Shown here: positions 55,772 through 64,000 of the stretch, in pieces
How the letters are laid out: each line of letters starts with the position of its first letter
Numbering within the stretch: the first letter of the stretch is position 1
Assembly: GCA_018819405.1 (NCBI GenBank)
Contig: JAHJQF010000001.1
Span: 665,676-729,675, forward strand
Reading direction: 5' to 3'
DNA: 64,000 bases
DNA from: Patescibacteria group bacterium
GTDB lineage: Bacteria > Patescibacteriota > Patescibacteriia > UBA1558 > GWA2-36-10
Made by a program: the position numbers and the translations under genes
Notes under the pieces: generated by a model
Seen by the model: the letters and a program-made list of their open reading frames with translations, nothing else
What the model was told of the DNA's origin: nothing
The model's database searches: none

Positions 55772-57268
55772 ATGTCTGAAGTAATTTATAGAAAGTACCG
55801 ACCTAAAACTTTCAAAGAGGTCGTTGGTCAGAAGCCGATAAAAATTACCCTAGAAAATGAAATAGTAAGTGGGCATATTGCCCACGCTTATTTATTTGTC
55901 GGACCTCGTGGCACTGGTAAAACAACTTTAGCTAGATTGTTTGCCCGTTCTTTAAATTGTTTAAATAGGCCAAACAAAGAAGCTGAGCCCTGTAATGAAT
56001 GTCAAATCTGCCAACTTATACTATCTGGGCAAAGTATGGATATTATAGAAATAGACGCGGCTTCTCACACCGGTGTTGATAATGTACGAGAAAATATTAT
56101 TGCCAATTCTCAGGTGCCTCCCTTTAACAATAAAGGTTTTAAAGTTTTTATTATCGATGAGGTGCATATGCTTTCCAAGTCAGCCTTTAATGCGCTATTA
56201 AAAACTTTGGAAGAGCCGCCAAAAAACGTAATTTTTATATTGGCAACTACAGAAATACATAAAGTACCAGAGACTATTATATCTCGTTGTCAGCGTTTTG
56301 ATTTTAAAAAAATTCCCCTAAAAGATATTGTCAAGAGAATGTCAGAAATTATAGAATGGGAAAAAGTCAGTGTATCTGATAATGTATTGGGTCAGATTGC
56401 TAGACGTAGTGAAGGATGTTTACGTGATGCCGAATCTCTTTTGGGGCAAGTTATTTCTATTAGCTCAGGAGAAGTTACTGATGAGATGGCTTCATTGGTA
56501 TTACCACGCAGCAATTGGCATGAAGTAGATGCTCTAGTAGAATCACTAAGAATGAATAATTTGTCTACCGCTCTCAATCAACTAAACAAATTAGTGGATG
56601 AGGGGATAGACCTAGCTACATTTACCAGTGATCTTATAGATTATCTCCGACAGATTATGCTTTATCAAATTATCGGGCCTAGCTATAATCTTGATTTTGA
56701 TGATAATTTAAGTACTGCCATAAAAAAACACGCCCAAGAATTTCCTTTGGAAAGTCTATCAAAACTATTAGATATACTACTGCGTAGATTGGCAATTAAA
56801 GATTCTGTTATAGATCAACTTCCTCTAGAGTTGGCTTGTGTGGAATTTTTATTGGATAAAGAAATAGAAAATACAGATGTCAAAAAAGATGAAAAACCAA
56901 ATCAGTTGCCAAAAAAAATCGCTTCTGGAAATGACATAAAAGATATACAATCTCTATGGTCACAAGTTGTAGAAAGTACCAAAGAACTAAATCATTCTAT
57001 TTCTACTGTTTTGATAACCAGCCACCCTTTGACAATTGAGCAAAATTCTATTATTATCGGTCTTGAATATAGTTTCCATAAAGAACAACTAGATAAACCC
57101 ATGGTAAAAAACCATTTAGCTAAGGTATTTGAAGATATATTCGACAAAAAATTCTCAATTGGCTTTGAGATAGATAATAATTATAAAGAAAATCACCAGA
57201 ATTTTAAGGGTAAAAATGAAAATGGAGTAGGTGAGGCGCTAGATACTTTTGGTGGCGAGCTACTTTAA
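55772..57268 (+). CDS. dnaX: DNA polymerase III subunit gamma/tau.
   Basis: YRKYRPKTFKEVVGQKPI..HAYLFVGPRGTGKTTLARLFA and the zinc module CNECQIC match the clamp-loader ATPase. IIDEVHMLSKSAFNALLKTLEEPP is also present. Confidence 0.9.
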   Translation: MSEVIYRKYRPKTFKEVVGQKPIKITLENEIVSGHIAHAYLFVGPRGTGKTTLARLFARSLNCLNRPNKEAEPCNECQICQLILSGQSMDIIEIDAASHTGVDNVRENIIANSQVPPFNNKGFKVFIIDEVHMLSKSAFNALLKTLEEPPKNVIFILATTEIHKVPETIISRCQRFDFKKIPLKDIVKRMSEIIEWEKVSVSDNVLGQIARRSEGCLRDAESLLGQVISISSGEVTDEMASLVLPRSNWHEVDALVESLRMNNLSTALNQLNKLVDEGIDLATFTSDLIDYLRQIMLYQIIGPSYNLDFDDNLSTAIKKHAQEFPLESLSKLLDILLRRLAIKDSVIDQLPLELACVEFLLDKEIENTDVKKDEKPNQLPKKIASGNDIKDIQSLWSQVVESTKELNHSISTVLITSHPLTIEQNSIIIGLEYSFHKEQLDKPMVKNHLAKVFEDIFDKKFSIGFEIDNNYKENHQNFKGKNENGVGEALDTFGGELL

Positions 57269-57278
57269 ATTAATATGT

Positions 57279-57352
57279 TCGGGGATCGTCTAATGGTAGG
57301 ACAACGGGTTCTGGTCCCGTCAATTGGGGTTCGAGTCCCTATCCCCGAGCCA
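57279..57352 (+). tRNA. tRNA-Gln (anticodon CUG), with CCA encoded. It lies 10 nt after the dnaX stop.
   Basis: It has the same cloverleaf as 13760-13833 with 4 substitutions. The anticodon loop is ttCTGgt. The U1-A72 pair, the G73 discriminator and CCA are present. Confidence 0.9.
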
Positions 57353-57445
57353 AGCGAACAAAGTGAGCGCGGGCTCGGGTTAAAAAAATCCGAGTCGGAG
57401 ACGATGTTCCTAAGATGCTGTGCAATGGCACAGCGCCCCGAGCCA
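57353..57445 (+). other. Second copy of the conserved tRNA-Gln 3' trailer module (ends GCCCCGAGCCA). It is followed by the hairpin tgaaccgttacggttca, a third CCGAGCCA occurrence and a terminator-like hairpin.
   Basis: It is about 89% identical to 13834-13926. Both hairpin stems are conserved, and the substitutions fall in the loops. Confidence 0.5.
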
Positions 57446-57611
57446 TGAACCGTTACGGTTCATAGCCGAGCCAGCTAGAAAAAGACGAATATTGTTTCGC
57501 CTTTTTTGTTTATTAAAAAACGAGTAGGGACTCGAACGGGCAGAAGTGAGATTATAGTATTTTTAATATATTTATGCTAATATATAAGCAGATAAAAATT
57601 AATCTAAAACC

Positions 57612-57989
57612 ATGAAAAAAATACTATTATTACTTTTGCTGTTTGCGCCAAAATTAGCTAGTGCTTCTACGCCACCCTCAGACCCTTCAGACCCTTGGGG
57701 CATCAATGACTTTTCCAAAACTAATATTGCCTTGGGCAGTAAACCACTACGTGAGACAATTGGTGGGGTCGTCAATATTGCTTTAGGATTTTTAGGAATT
57801 TTGACTACTTTACTTATCCTGTGGGGCGGCTTTAAATGGATGACTTCTGCTGGTAACTCTGAGCAGGTTGATCAGGCCAAAAGAATTATTAGTGCCGGTG
57901 TCATTGGATTGATTATTGTATTGAGTGCTTATGCTATTTCAAGATATGTCTTGATAGAATTACGTAAAGAAACTGTTGAAGGTGTATAA
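57612..57989 (+). CDS. Small secreted membrane protein with a signal peptide and two hydrophobic helices. A VirB2/TrbC-like pilin is one reading; this is uncertain.
   Basis: The sequence is MKKILLLLLLFAPKLASAS.. followed by two hydrophobic helices (VVNIALGFLGILTTLLILWGGF and SAGVIGLIIVLSAYAISRYVLI) separated by a short polar loop. Confidence 0.4.
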   Translation: MKKILLLLLLFAPKLASASTPPSDPSDPWGINDFSKTNIALGSKPLRETIGGVVNIALGFLGILTTLLILWGGFKWMTSAGNSEQVDQAKRIISAGVIGLIIVLSAYAISRYVLIELRKETVEGV

Positions 57990-58028
57990 AATAAAAATTT
58001 AATTTAATAAAATTAATAAACTCTTATT

Positions 58029-58375
58029 ATGAAAAAATTTTCATACTAGGGTTATTATTTCTGCCATCTACAGCTTTAGCAGTTGACCGATGGGGCATCA
58101 ATGACTTTTCCTAAACTAATATTGCTTTGGGCAGTAAACCACTACGTGAGACAATTGGTGGGGTCGTCAATATTGCTTTGGGTTTTTTAGGCATCTTAGC
58201 CACATTACTTATTTTATGGGGCGGTTTTAAATGGATGACTTCTCAAGGTAACTCTGAGCAGGTTGATCAGGCCAAAAAAATTATTGGCGCCGGTGTGGTA
58301 GGATTAGTTATTATCCTAACTGCATATGCAATTTCAAGATTCGTATTGCAATCCTTGTACAACGAGACTATCTAG
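58029..58375 (+). pseudogene. Tandem paralog of the pilin-like gene, disrupted by a frameshift after the ATG and a Lys-to-TAA nonsense change. The mature-region coding is intact from TTG 58127.
   Basis: 58088-58260 is about 93% identical to 57693-57865. ccaaaacta has become cctaaacta, giving a stop. The signal-peptide frame (KIFILGLLFLPSTALAVDRWGINDFS) is offset from the ATG. Confidence 0.45.
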
Positions 58376-58515
58376 CTATAAGCATTTATGTGCAAGCTGC
58401 TTATTTTTACCTTTTAGGCTTTAGAGTAATAATTTATTTATTCAAACACCATCCCTATAGGGATGGTGTTTATTATTAGTTACCAAATTTATGATTTTAC
58501 GCTATACTATAGTAT

Positions 58516-59208
58516 ATGAAGCAAGAAGTTCCCAAACACATAGGCATTATTTTAGATGGCAATCGGCGTTGGGCCAAAGCAAAAAATTTGTCCAGCCTAG
58601 AAGGTCATCGTCAGGGTTTTAGTAATGTCAAAAAAATAACCCGATATACATACTCAAAAGGTATTAAAATTTTAAGTATTTATGCTTTTTCTACCGAAAA
58701 TTGGAATCGTAGCAAAGAAGAAGTGAGTTACCTAATGGGATTGTTTAAGTTACTTCTAACTAAAGAAATCAATGCCTTAAATAAAGAGGGGGTAAAAATT
58801 AATATCTTTGGACGTATTAGTGATTTTGATGATAAGTTAAAAAAATTGATTGTCCAAGCTCAAGATAAAACTTCAAAAAATAACAAGGCCATTTTAAATA
58901 TTTGCATCAGCTATGGCGGTAGAGATGAGATTGTGCGGGCTGTCAAAAAAATTGTAGAGCAAAATATACCCGCCAATAAAATAACAGAAGAACTAATCTC
59001 TCAAAATCTAGATTCAGCCAACATTCCAGATCCTGACTTGATAATACGTACTTCTGGTGAATTGAGACTTTCTGGATTTTTGACCTGGCAATCTGTATAT
59101 AGTGAACTGTATTTCCCAAAAGTCACTTGGCCTGATTTTAGCGAAAAAGATTTGGACTTAGCCCTAGAAGAATATAATAAAAGACAAAGACGTTTTGGGG
59201 CTAATTAA
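58516..59208 (+). CDS. uppS: Undecaprenyl diphosphate synthase.
   Basis: HIGIILDGNRRWAKAKNL..GHRQG..LSIYAFSTENWNRSKEEVSYLM matches the cis-prenyltransferase motifs. The C-terminus has RTSGELRLSGFLTWQSVYSELYF. Confidence 0.9.
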   Translation: MKQEVPKHIGIILDGNRRWAKAKNLSSLEGHRQGFSNVKKITRYTYSKGIKILSIYAFSTENWNRSKEEVSYLMGLFKLLLTKEINALNKEGVKINIFGRISDFDDKLKKLIVQAQDKTSKNNKAILNICISYGGRDEIVRAVKKIVEQNIPANKITEELISQNLDSANIPDPDLIIRTSGELRLSGFLTWQSVYSELYFPKVTWPDFSEKDLDLALEEYNKRQRRFGAN

Positions 59209-59250
59209 TTTTGTGTTATAATAACAAATATAAAAAATAACTATAATTTT

Positions 59251-61329
59251 ATGGCAAAAATCAAAAGAAAAAAAAGAGAGAATACTAAAAATAAAGGTAT
59301 GCTAAACCTTTTAAAAAATAAATTTGGACTTACACCGCTATATCTGATGTTTTTGATCCTTTTATCAGCCGTAGCTTTGGTGATTATAATATCAAATGTT
59401 GACAATGACTCGACTAAAAGTATTGTAAAAAATTTCCCTATTTTAAATAACAATCATAACACTGAACTCAAAAAATTTGCTTCAGCTGAAGAATTTGAAG
59501 ATTATCTACAAAGCAGTGAAGATATCAGTGGCTCTTACAATATGATGGGTATCAGAAATATAGCCATGCCTATGATGGAGGAGTTTGCCATGGATTCGGC
59601 TGTAAAAACTGATTCAGCTATAGGCACTGGTGGCGCCTCATCAATGCCTAATAGGATTTCTGAGACAAATGTCCAGGTTTCTGGCATTGATGAGCCTGAT
59701 ATCCTAAAAACAGATGGAAAAGAAATCTATTTTTCAAATGCTGATACTTACTACTGGCGTATGATGCCTGAGGCGATCCTAGATGTAGAAAGTGATGCTA
59801 TTTTGCCTAGGCCGGATGTATATTATACAACCAAACTATTTAATGCTTGGCCACCTAATGATCTAAAGCTTGATTCAGAAATTAATCTATTGGGAAATCT
59901 ACTTTTATCTGACAACAATCTAATGATACTTTCTGGACAAAGGGTTGATACCTTTGATGTTTCAAATAAGGAAAATCCCGAACAAAAATGGGAATTAAAG
60001 CTTGATAGCCGTAGCAGTATTGTGACTTCACGATTATACAATAACAAATTATATTTGATAGTGCAGAATCCTCTCAATCGCTATAATCCTTGTCCTATTA
60101 TGCCATTATCTATTGGTGGTAGTGATTTAAAAATTGCCTGTACTGATATTTATCACCCTATAAACCCCAGTCCAGTTGATGCGACTTTTGTGGCTATGGT
60201 CATCAATCCTGAAAATGGCCAGGTAGAAAATAAAGTATCCTTTTTGGGTTCGACTTATTCCTCAACTGTCTATATGTCCCAAAAAAATCTATATGTGACA
60301 TATAATGACCAAATTGATATGTTTGAGTTTATGCTAGAATTTTTAAATACAGAAGTTAAAGATTTGCTACCACAAAGTGTCCTAGCCAAATTAAATAAAA
60401 TTAATACTTATGATATTAGTTCAAATTCCAAAATGACTGAAATGCAAATACTTTTGGAAGAATGGCTGTCTTCTACCAATGATGATCAATTACTAAAATT
60501 AGAAAGTGAACTAGAAAATAGAGCTGATAAATATTTTGAGGAACATAAACGCCAAATGTACGGCACAGGTATTGTAAAAATTGGTTTGAATAAACTAGCT
60601 ATTGAAGCTAATGGACGAGTTCCCGGTACTTTGTTAAATCAATTTTCTTTGGATGAATATGATGACCATCTACGAGTAGCTACTACAGTCGGCAATCGTT
60701 GGGGATTTGGTATGTCTGGAGCAGTAGAAGAAGCTAATGATGTCTATGTGCTAGATAAAAATCTTAAGACAGTCGGATCTGTCACTGACTTGGGATTATC
60801 AGAGAGGATATATTCAGCTCGTTTTGTAGGTCCAAATGGATATTTAGTCACCTTTAGACAGACCGATCCATTTTATGTGATTGATCTAAGTGACCACAAA
60901 AATCCAAAAATGGTGGGTGAATTAAAAATTCCTGGTTATTCATCGTACTTACATCCAATATCTGATACTAAAATACTTGGAATTGGCATGGAAGGTGGAC
61001 AGGTAAAAATATCATATTTTGATGTTTCCAATCCGACAGAACCAAAAGAAATTGACAAATATAGTCTGAGTGATTATGGTTCTGATGCTCTTTATAATCA
61101 CCATGCCTTTTTATTAGATTCAAAACACCAAGTATTTTTCTTACCTTCTTACAAAGGCGGCTACGTATTTTCTTATGCCAATGACAAACTGGAGCTAGTC
61201 AGAGCAGTCAGCGTAAATAATGTAAAGCGAGCTTTGTATCTGGAGGATTATATGTATATTGTAGCTGATGAATATATGGCCATACTTGATGAAAACAATT
61301 GGGAAAAAGTAAATGAAATTGATTTCTAA
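59251..61329 (+). CDS. Large hypothetical membrane-anchored extracytoplasmic protein, 692 aa.
   Basis: There is one transmembrane segment (LYLMFLILLSAVALVIIISNV). The remainder is predicted beta-rich. No family was recognised. Confidence 0.45.
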   Translation: MAKIKRKKRENTKNKGMLNLLKNKFGLTPLYLMFLILLSAVALVIIISNVDNDSTKSIVKNFPILNNNHNTELKKFASAEEFEDYLQSSEDISGSYNMMGIRNIAMPMMEEFAMDSAVKTDSAIGTGGASSMPNRISETNVQVSGIDEPDILKTDGKEIYFSNADTYYWRMMPEAILDVESDAILPRPDVYYTTKLFNAWPPNDLKLDSEINLLGNLLLSDNNLMILSGQRVDTFDVSNKENPEQKWELKLDSRSSIVTSRLYNNKLYLIVQNPLNRYNPCPIMPLSIGGSDLKIACTDIYHPINPSPVDATFVAMVINPENGQVENKVSFLGSTYSSTVYMSQKNLYVTYNDQIDMFEFMLEFLNTEVKDLLPQSVLAKLNKINTYDISSNSKMTEMQILLEEWLSSTNDDQLLKLESELENRADKYFEEHKRQMYGTGIVKIGLNKLAIEANGRVPGTLLNQFSLDEYDDHLRVATTVGNRWGFGMSGAVEEANDVYVLDKNLKTVGSVTDLGLSERIYSARFVGPNGYLVTFRQTDPFYVIDLSDHKNPKMVGELKIPGYSSYLHPISDTKILGIGMEGGQVKISYFDVSNPTEPKEIDKYSLSDYGSDALYNHHAFLLDSKHQVFFLPSYKGGYVFSYANDKLELVRAVSVNNVKRALYLEDYMYIVADEYMAILDENNWEKVNEIDF

Positions 61330-62172
61330 ATGTCGGATGAAATATACCTAAATAAAAGCCAAGAACAAAAGGACTATTACAACCAAACAGCCTCATCTTA
61401 TGATAGATGGCATATTGATCCAGCTAGCGCTAAAGTGGTTGATTTATGGAATTTTGATAATTTAGCCAAATTTTTGGCTAATAAAAAAATTACCAAGGCC
61501 TTGGAACTTGGTTCTGGTACAGGACGTCTAGCTAATAATCTATTTAAGATAGCTAAAAATGTGTATGGTATAGACGCTTCCGAAGCAGTACTCAAAATAG
61601 CCCAAGAAAAATATCCCCAATTAAAATTGACTTGTGGCGAGGTGGTAAATTTACCTTATCAGAATAATTTTTTTGATCTGGTCATTATAAACGGATCTTT
61701 GCACCATTTTTTTGCTGTAGAAAAAACTTTTCAAGAAGCTTACCGTGTATTAAAACCAGGCGGGGCATTTGTGCTGCTAGGTGAGCCTAGTTCTCAATTT
61801 TTAAAAGCTTATAATCCGTTTTTTTATTTTTGGGTTTTAAATAGATTAGTGGCAAAAATATTTAGTTTGCTCTTTGGCCAAAAATTTAATAATGAAATTA
61901 TAGAGCCTGATGCGGAGAGTTATAAACCTTGGCTTTTAAAAAAACAACTACAAAAGGCTGGGTTTTACACCCACGCTTTTTATACTTATGATTATTTCAA
62001 TAGGTCAAACAACAAACTCTGGCTAAAAATATATCGCTCATACCTAAATTTTGAAAACAAAACAATTGCCAAAATTTTTCCATACCTTGGTATGGCCATT
62101 CAAGCTTTTACTATTAAAAAATTAACCCCGCACCTTTTGCCGGGGGATAAAATAATAAAAGATAATAATTAA
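61330..62172 (+). CDS. Class I SAM-dependent methyltransferase.
   Basis: Motif I is ALELGSGTGRLANNL. FDLVIINGSLHHF and VLKPGGAFVLLGEP are also present. Confidence 0.75.
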   Translation: MSDEIYLNKSQEQKDYYNQTASSYDRWHIDPASAKVVDLWNFDNLAKFLANKKITKALELGSGTGRLANNLFKIAKNVYGIDASEAVLKIAQEKYPQLKLTCGEVVNLPYQNNFFDLVIINGSLHHFFAVEKTFQEAYRVLKPGGAFVLLGEPSSQFLKAYNPFFYFWVLNRLVAKIFSLLFGQKFNNEIIEPDAESYKPWLLKKQLQKAGFYTHAFYTYDYFNRSNNKLWLKIYRSYLNFENKTIAKIFPYLGMAIQAFTIKKLTPHLLPGDKIIKDNN

Positions 62173-62192
62173 TCGCACAAAAGGTGCGGGGT
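62124..62192 (+). repeat. Long-range inverted repeat AACCCCGCACCTTTTG (inside the methyltransferase 3' end) paired with CAAAAGGTGCGGGGT (ending 5 nt before the ddl ATG). It is a TTAACCCCG-class junction hairpin.
   Basis: The stem is 15 bp and perfect. The loop is about 36 nt and contains the upstream stop TAA. The 3' arm covers the region just upstream of the ddl start. Confidence 0.5.
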
Positions 62193-62197
62193 AAATT

Positions 62198-63088
62198 ATG
62201 AAAGTAGCTGTTTTGACAGGATCAGAAAGCTCAGAAAGAAGTGTTGCTTTAGCCTCATCAAAAAATGTTGTTGAAGCGCTGAGCAAAAAACATCAAGTAG
62301 ACATATATGATTTTCCAACTGATCTGGACAAATTTTTGAACAACTATAAAAATTATAATGCCGCCGTACCTGTTTTTCATGGCCCAGGAGGAGAGGATGG
62401 GAAAATCCAAGGATTTTTAAACACCCTAAAAGTTCCTTTTATTTTTTCTGATGTAGAGGCTCATGCGGTTGCTATGGACAAGGGTCTTAGCAAATTTATT
62501 GCGGAAAAAATTGGTTTGCTTACCTCAGCTTATAAAATTATTTATAATTATCAAGATTTAGATTTTACCAAGCCAGTAGTTGTCAAACCTCTGGTCGGCG
62601 GTAGCTCCATAGGCATATCTATTGTTCATGACAAAAATTCCTTGGACAAAGCTCTGAAAAATGCTTTTAATTACTCAGATAAGGTATTGATAGAGGATTA
62701 TATAGAGGGAAAAGAACTAACTGTAGCGGTCATTGATCAAAATGATGAAACAATTGCTCTGCCAGTTATAGAGGTCAGGTCAAAGAATAATTTTTTTGAT
62801 TATGAAAGTAAATATGACGCCACACTAGCTGAGGAAATATGTCCGGCACCAATCAGTGAAAAATTAGCCAAAGAGCTACAAAGCCAGGCTATCAAAATCC
62901 ACCAAGCTATCGGCATAAGGCATATTAGCCGCACAGATTTTATAGTTTCGGACAATAAAATATATTTTTTAGAAGTAAATACTATACCGGGAATGACTAA
63001 TGAATCCTTGCTCCCAAAAGCTATAAAAGCGGCTAATAAAGATTTTGGCCATTTACTGGATATGTGGTTAAATTCCGTAATAAAATAG
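62198..63088 (+). CDS. ddl: D-alanine--D-alanine ligase.
   Basis: The N-terminus MKVAVLTGSESSERSVALASSKNVVEAL matches Ddl. The ATP-grasp C-terminus has EVNTIPGMTNESLLPKA. Length is 296 aa. Confidence 0.85.
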   Translation: MKVAVLTGSESSERSVALASSKNVVEALSKKHQVDIYDFPTDLDKFLNNYKNYNAAVPVFHGPGGEDGKIQGFLNTLKVPFIFSDVEAHAVAMDKGLSKFIAEKIGLLTSAYKIIYNYQDLDFTKPVVVKPLVGGSSIGISIVHDKNSLDKALKNAFNYSDKVLIEDYIEGKELTVAVIDQNDETIALPVIEVRSKNNFFDYESKYDATLAEEICPAPISEKLAKELQSQAIKIHQAIGIRHISRTDFIVSDNKIYFLEVNTIPGMTNESLLPKAIKAANKDFGHLLDMWLNSVIK

Positions 63089-63193
63089 ATATTAAATTCT
63101 AGTCCACGCTAATTCTTGTTTTTTTACTGTCTTATCTTGCCAAATCTGCTATTTGTGCTAAAATACTGACATTGTGATTTTACCTAAGAATAT

Positions 63194-64000
63194 ATGAATA
63201 AATACAGTAAAGTTTCAAACATTGGCCAAGTAACAACCACAAAGGTAAGGATAACCTTTGTCTTTATTTTTTTACTTACTTTATTTGGCGCTATGATTGT
63301 CTGGCCTAGTTCCCCGGGCTGGTTTGGTAAATTTAAGGTCCACTTGGGCCTAGATTTACAAGGGGGTACTCATTTGGTCTATCAGGCTGATGTATCAGCT
63401 CTTGATAATGCCGAAAAAAAAGATGGTGTAGAGGCACTACGAGAAGTAATAGAGCGTCGTGTCAATGCTTTTGGAGTTTCCGAACCAGTTGTTCAAACCA
63501 ACTATAGTGGCGATAACTATCGTATTATAGTTGAGCTGGCTGGTGTAAAAGATGTCAATGAAGCAATTTCTATAATTGACAAAACACCTTTATTGGAATT
63601 TAAAATACAAGGTGAAGCCGCTCCTATCCCAAGCGATGAAAATACTGATCAGGCTGAAGATCCAATTTTGATAAAAGCCAATGAAGTATTGGCCAGTGCT
63701 TTGGCTGGTGAAGATTTTGCCCAATTAGCCAAGGAATATAGTGAAGATCCCGGCTCATCAGTAAATGGAGGAGACCTTGATTATGTTTCACGCGGAGTTT
63801 TTGTACCAGAATTTGATAAAGCTATTTTTGATGATTTAAAGCCCAATGAAATATCTCCAGAGCTTGTAGAATCGCAATATGGTTATCATATTATCAAAAA
63901 GTATGATGAAAGACTAAATGACCAAGGTGAAATAGAAGTCCATGCCGCCCATATTTTGTTTAGAAAAGATGATGCTGATTTATCAAATATTGTCTGGGAA
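63194..64000 (+). CDS. SecD-like protein with a parvulin (PpiC) peptidyl-prolyl isomerase domain embedded in its periplasmic head. It is 3'-truncated by the window end.
   Basis: A transmembrane segment is followed by KVHLGLDLQGGTHLVYQADV and ERRVNAFGVSEPVVQTNYSGDNYRIIVELAGVKDVNEAISIIDKTPLLEFK, which match the SecD N-terminal/P1 motifs. Then FAQLAKEYSEDPGSSVNGGDLDYVSRGVFVPEFDKAIFDDLKPNEISPELVESQYGYHIIKK matches the parvulin signature. A second domain begins at EVHAAHILF. Confidence 0.55.
   Translation, partial: MNKYSKVSNIGQVTTTKVRITFVFIFLLTLFGAMIVWPSSPGWFGKFKVHLGLDLQGGTHLVYQADVSALDNAEKKDGVEALREVIERRVNAFGVSEPVVQTNYSGDNYRIIVELAGVKDVNEAISIIDKTPLLEFKIQGEAAPIPSDENTDQAEDPILIKANEVLASALAGEDFAQLAKEYSEDPGSSVNGGDLDYVSRGVFVPEFDKAIFDDLKPNEISPELVESQYGYHIIKKYDERLNDQGEIEVHAAHILFRKDDADLSNIVWE

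Noticed and set aside
57612-58375. The duplicated pilin-like region as a diversity-generating retroelement TR/VR pair.
   Set aside because: Mismatches between the copies are not restricted to adenine positions. No reverse transcriptase or accessory gene is nearby. The pattern fits simple tandem duplication with decay.

Overview
The window is a low-GC (roughly one-third GC) bacterial chromosome segment. The backbone is dense, co-directional housekeeping operons whose genes mostly lack Shine-Dalgarno (SD) sequences and are often coupled by overlapping stop/start codons. Gene content and style are compatible with a reduced-genome, possibly Patescibacteria/CPR-like organism. This is inference: no sequence shown here proves it.

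Backbone genes I recognise:
- Cell envelope: murA, a C-terminal processing protease, an LCP-family attenuator, mreB-mreC-mreD-PBP2 plus a second mreB paralog, rseP, uppS, murJ, ddl, and a SecD-like fragment at the window end.
- Translation: rplI, frr, proS, lepA, two tRNA-Gln genes (anticodons TTG and CTG), and RNase P RNA.
- Replication and repair: dnaX, holB, recJ, an RNase H.
- Metabolism: pyrG, a ROK-family kinase, a PfkB-family kinase, a PduL-like acyltransferase paired with ackA, speH, a SpoU methyltransferase, and a SAM-dependent methyltransferase.
- A surface-polysaccharide cluster at 37.3-48.2 kb: a WbaP-like priming transferase, four family-4 glycosyltransferases, a polytopic membrane protein, a DUF4012-like protein, then murJ. 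The RNase P RNA gene and a GC-rich candidate small RNA sit inside this cluster.

Superimposed are several short GC-rich islands: 1-1.9 kb, 8.9-10.5 kb, 13.2-13.6 kb, 14.4-17.7 kb and 39.0-39.2 kb. These carry small genes with strong SD sequences, consensus TTGACA-N17-TATAAT promoters and hairpin terminators. A duplicated 19-nt promoter module recurs among them.

The most unusual signals are:
1. A family of at least four near-identical inverted-repeat stem-loops, TGAAYCCNGTTAGAAATT ... AATTTCTAACGGGRTGAAA. Each bridges the stop codon of one gene to the ATG or GTG start of the next. Related TTAACCCCG...CGGGGTTAA hairpins occupy other gene junctions.
2. Both tRNA-Gln genes are followed by a conserved trailer of about 93 nt. 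It ends in a copy of the tRNA 3' end (GCCCCGAGCCA), and the first locus carries a partial tandem duplication of it.
3. A GC-rich secreted peptide built from three and a half perfect 60-nt tandem repeats.
4. An array of three small minus-strand genes with cloned promoters; one is interrupted by an in-frame TGA and one by a homopolymer frameshift.
5. A VirB4-like ATPase with tandem VirB2/TrbC-like pilin genes nearby, the second of which is disrupted.
6. A SecD-like head domain with an embedded parvulin isomerase domain.
7. A G9 tract upstream of a glycosyltransferase gene.

Everything was read by eye from the sequence and the ORF track. No database search or folding program was run.
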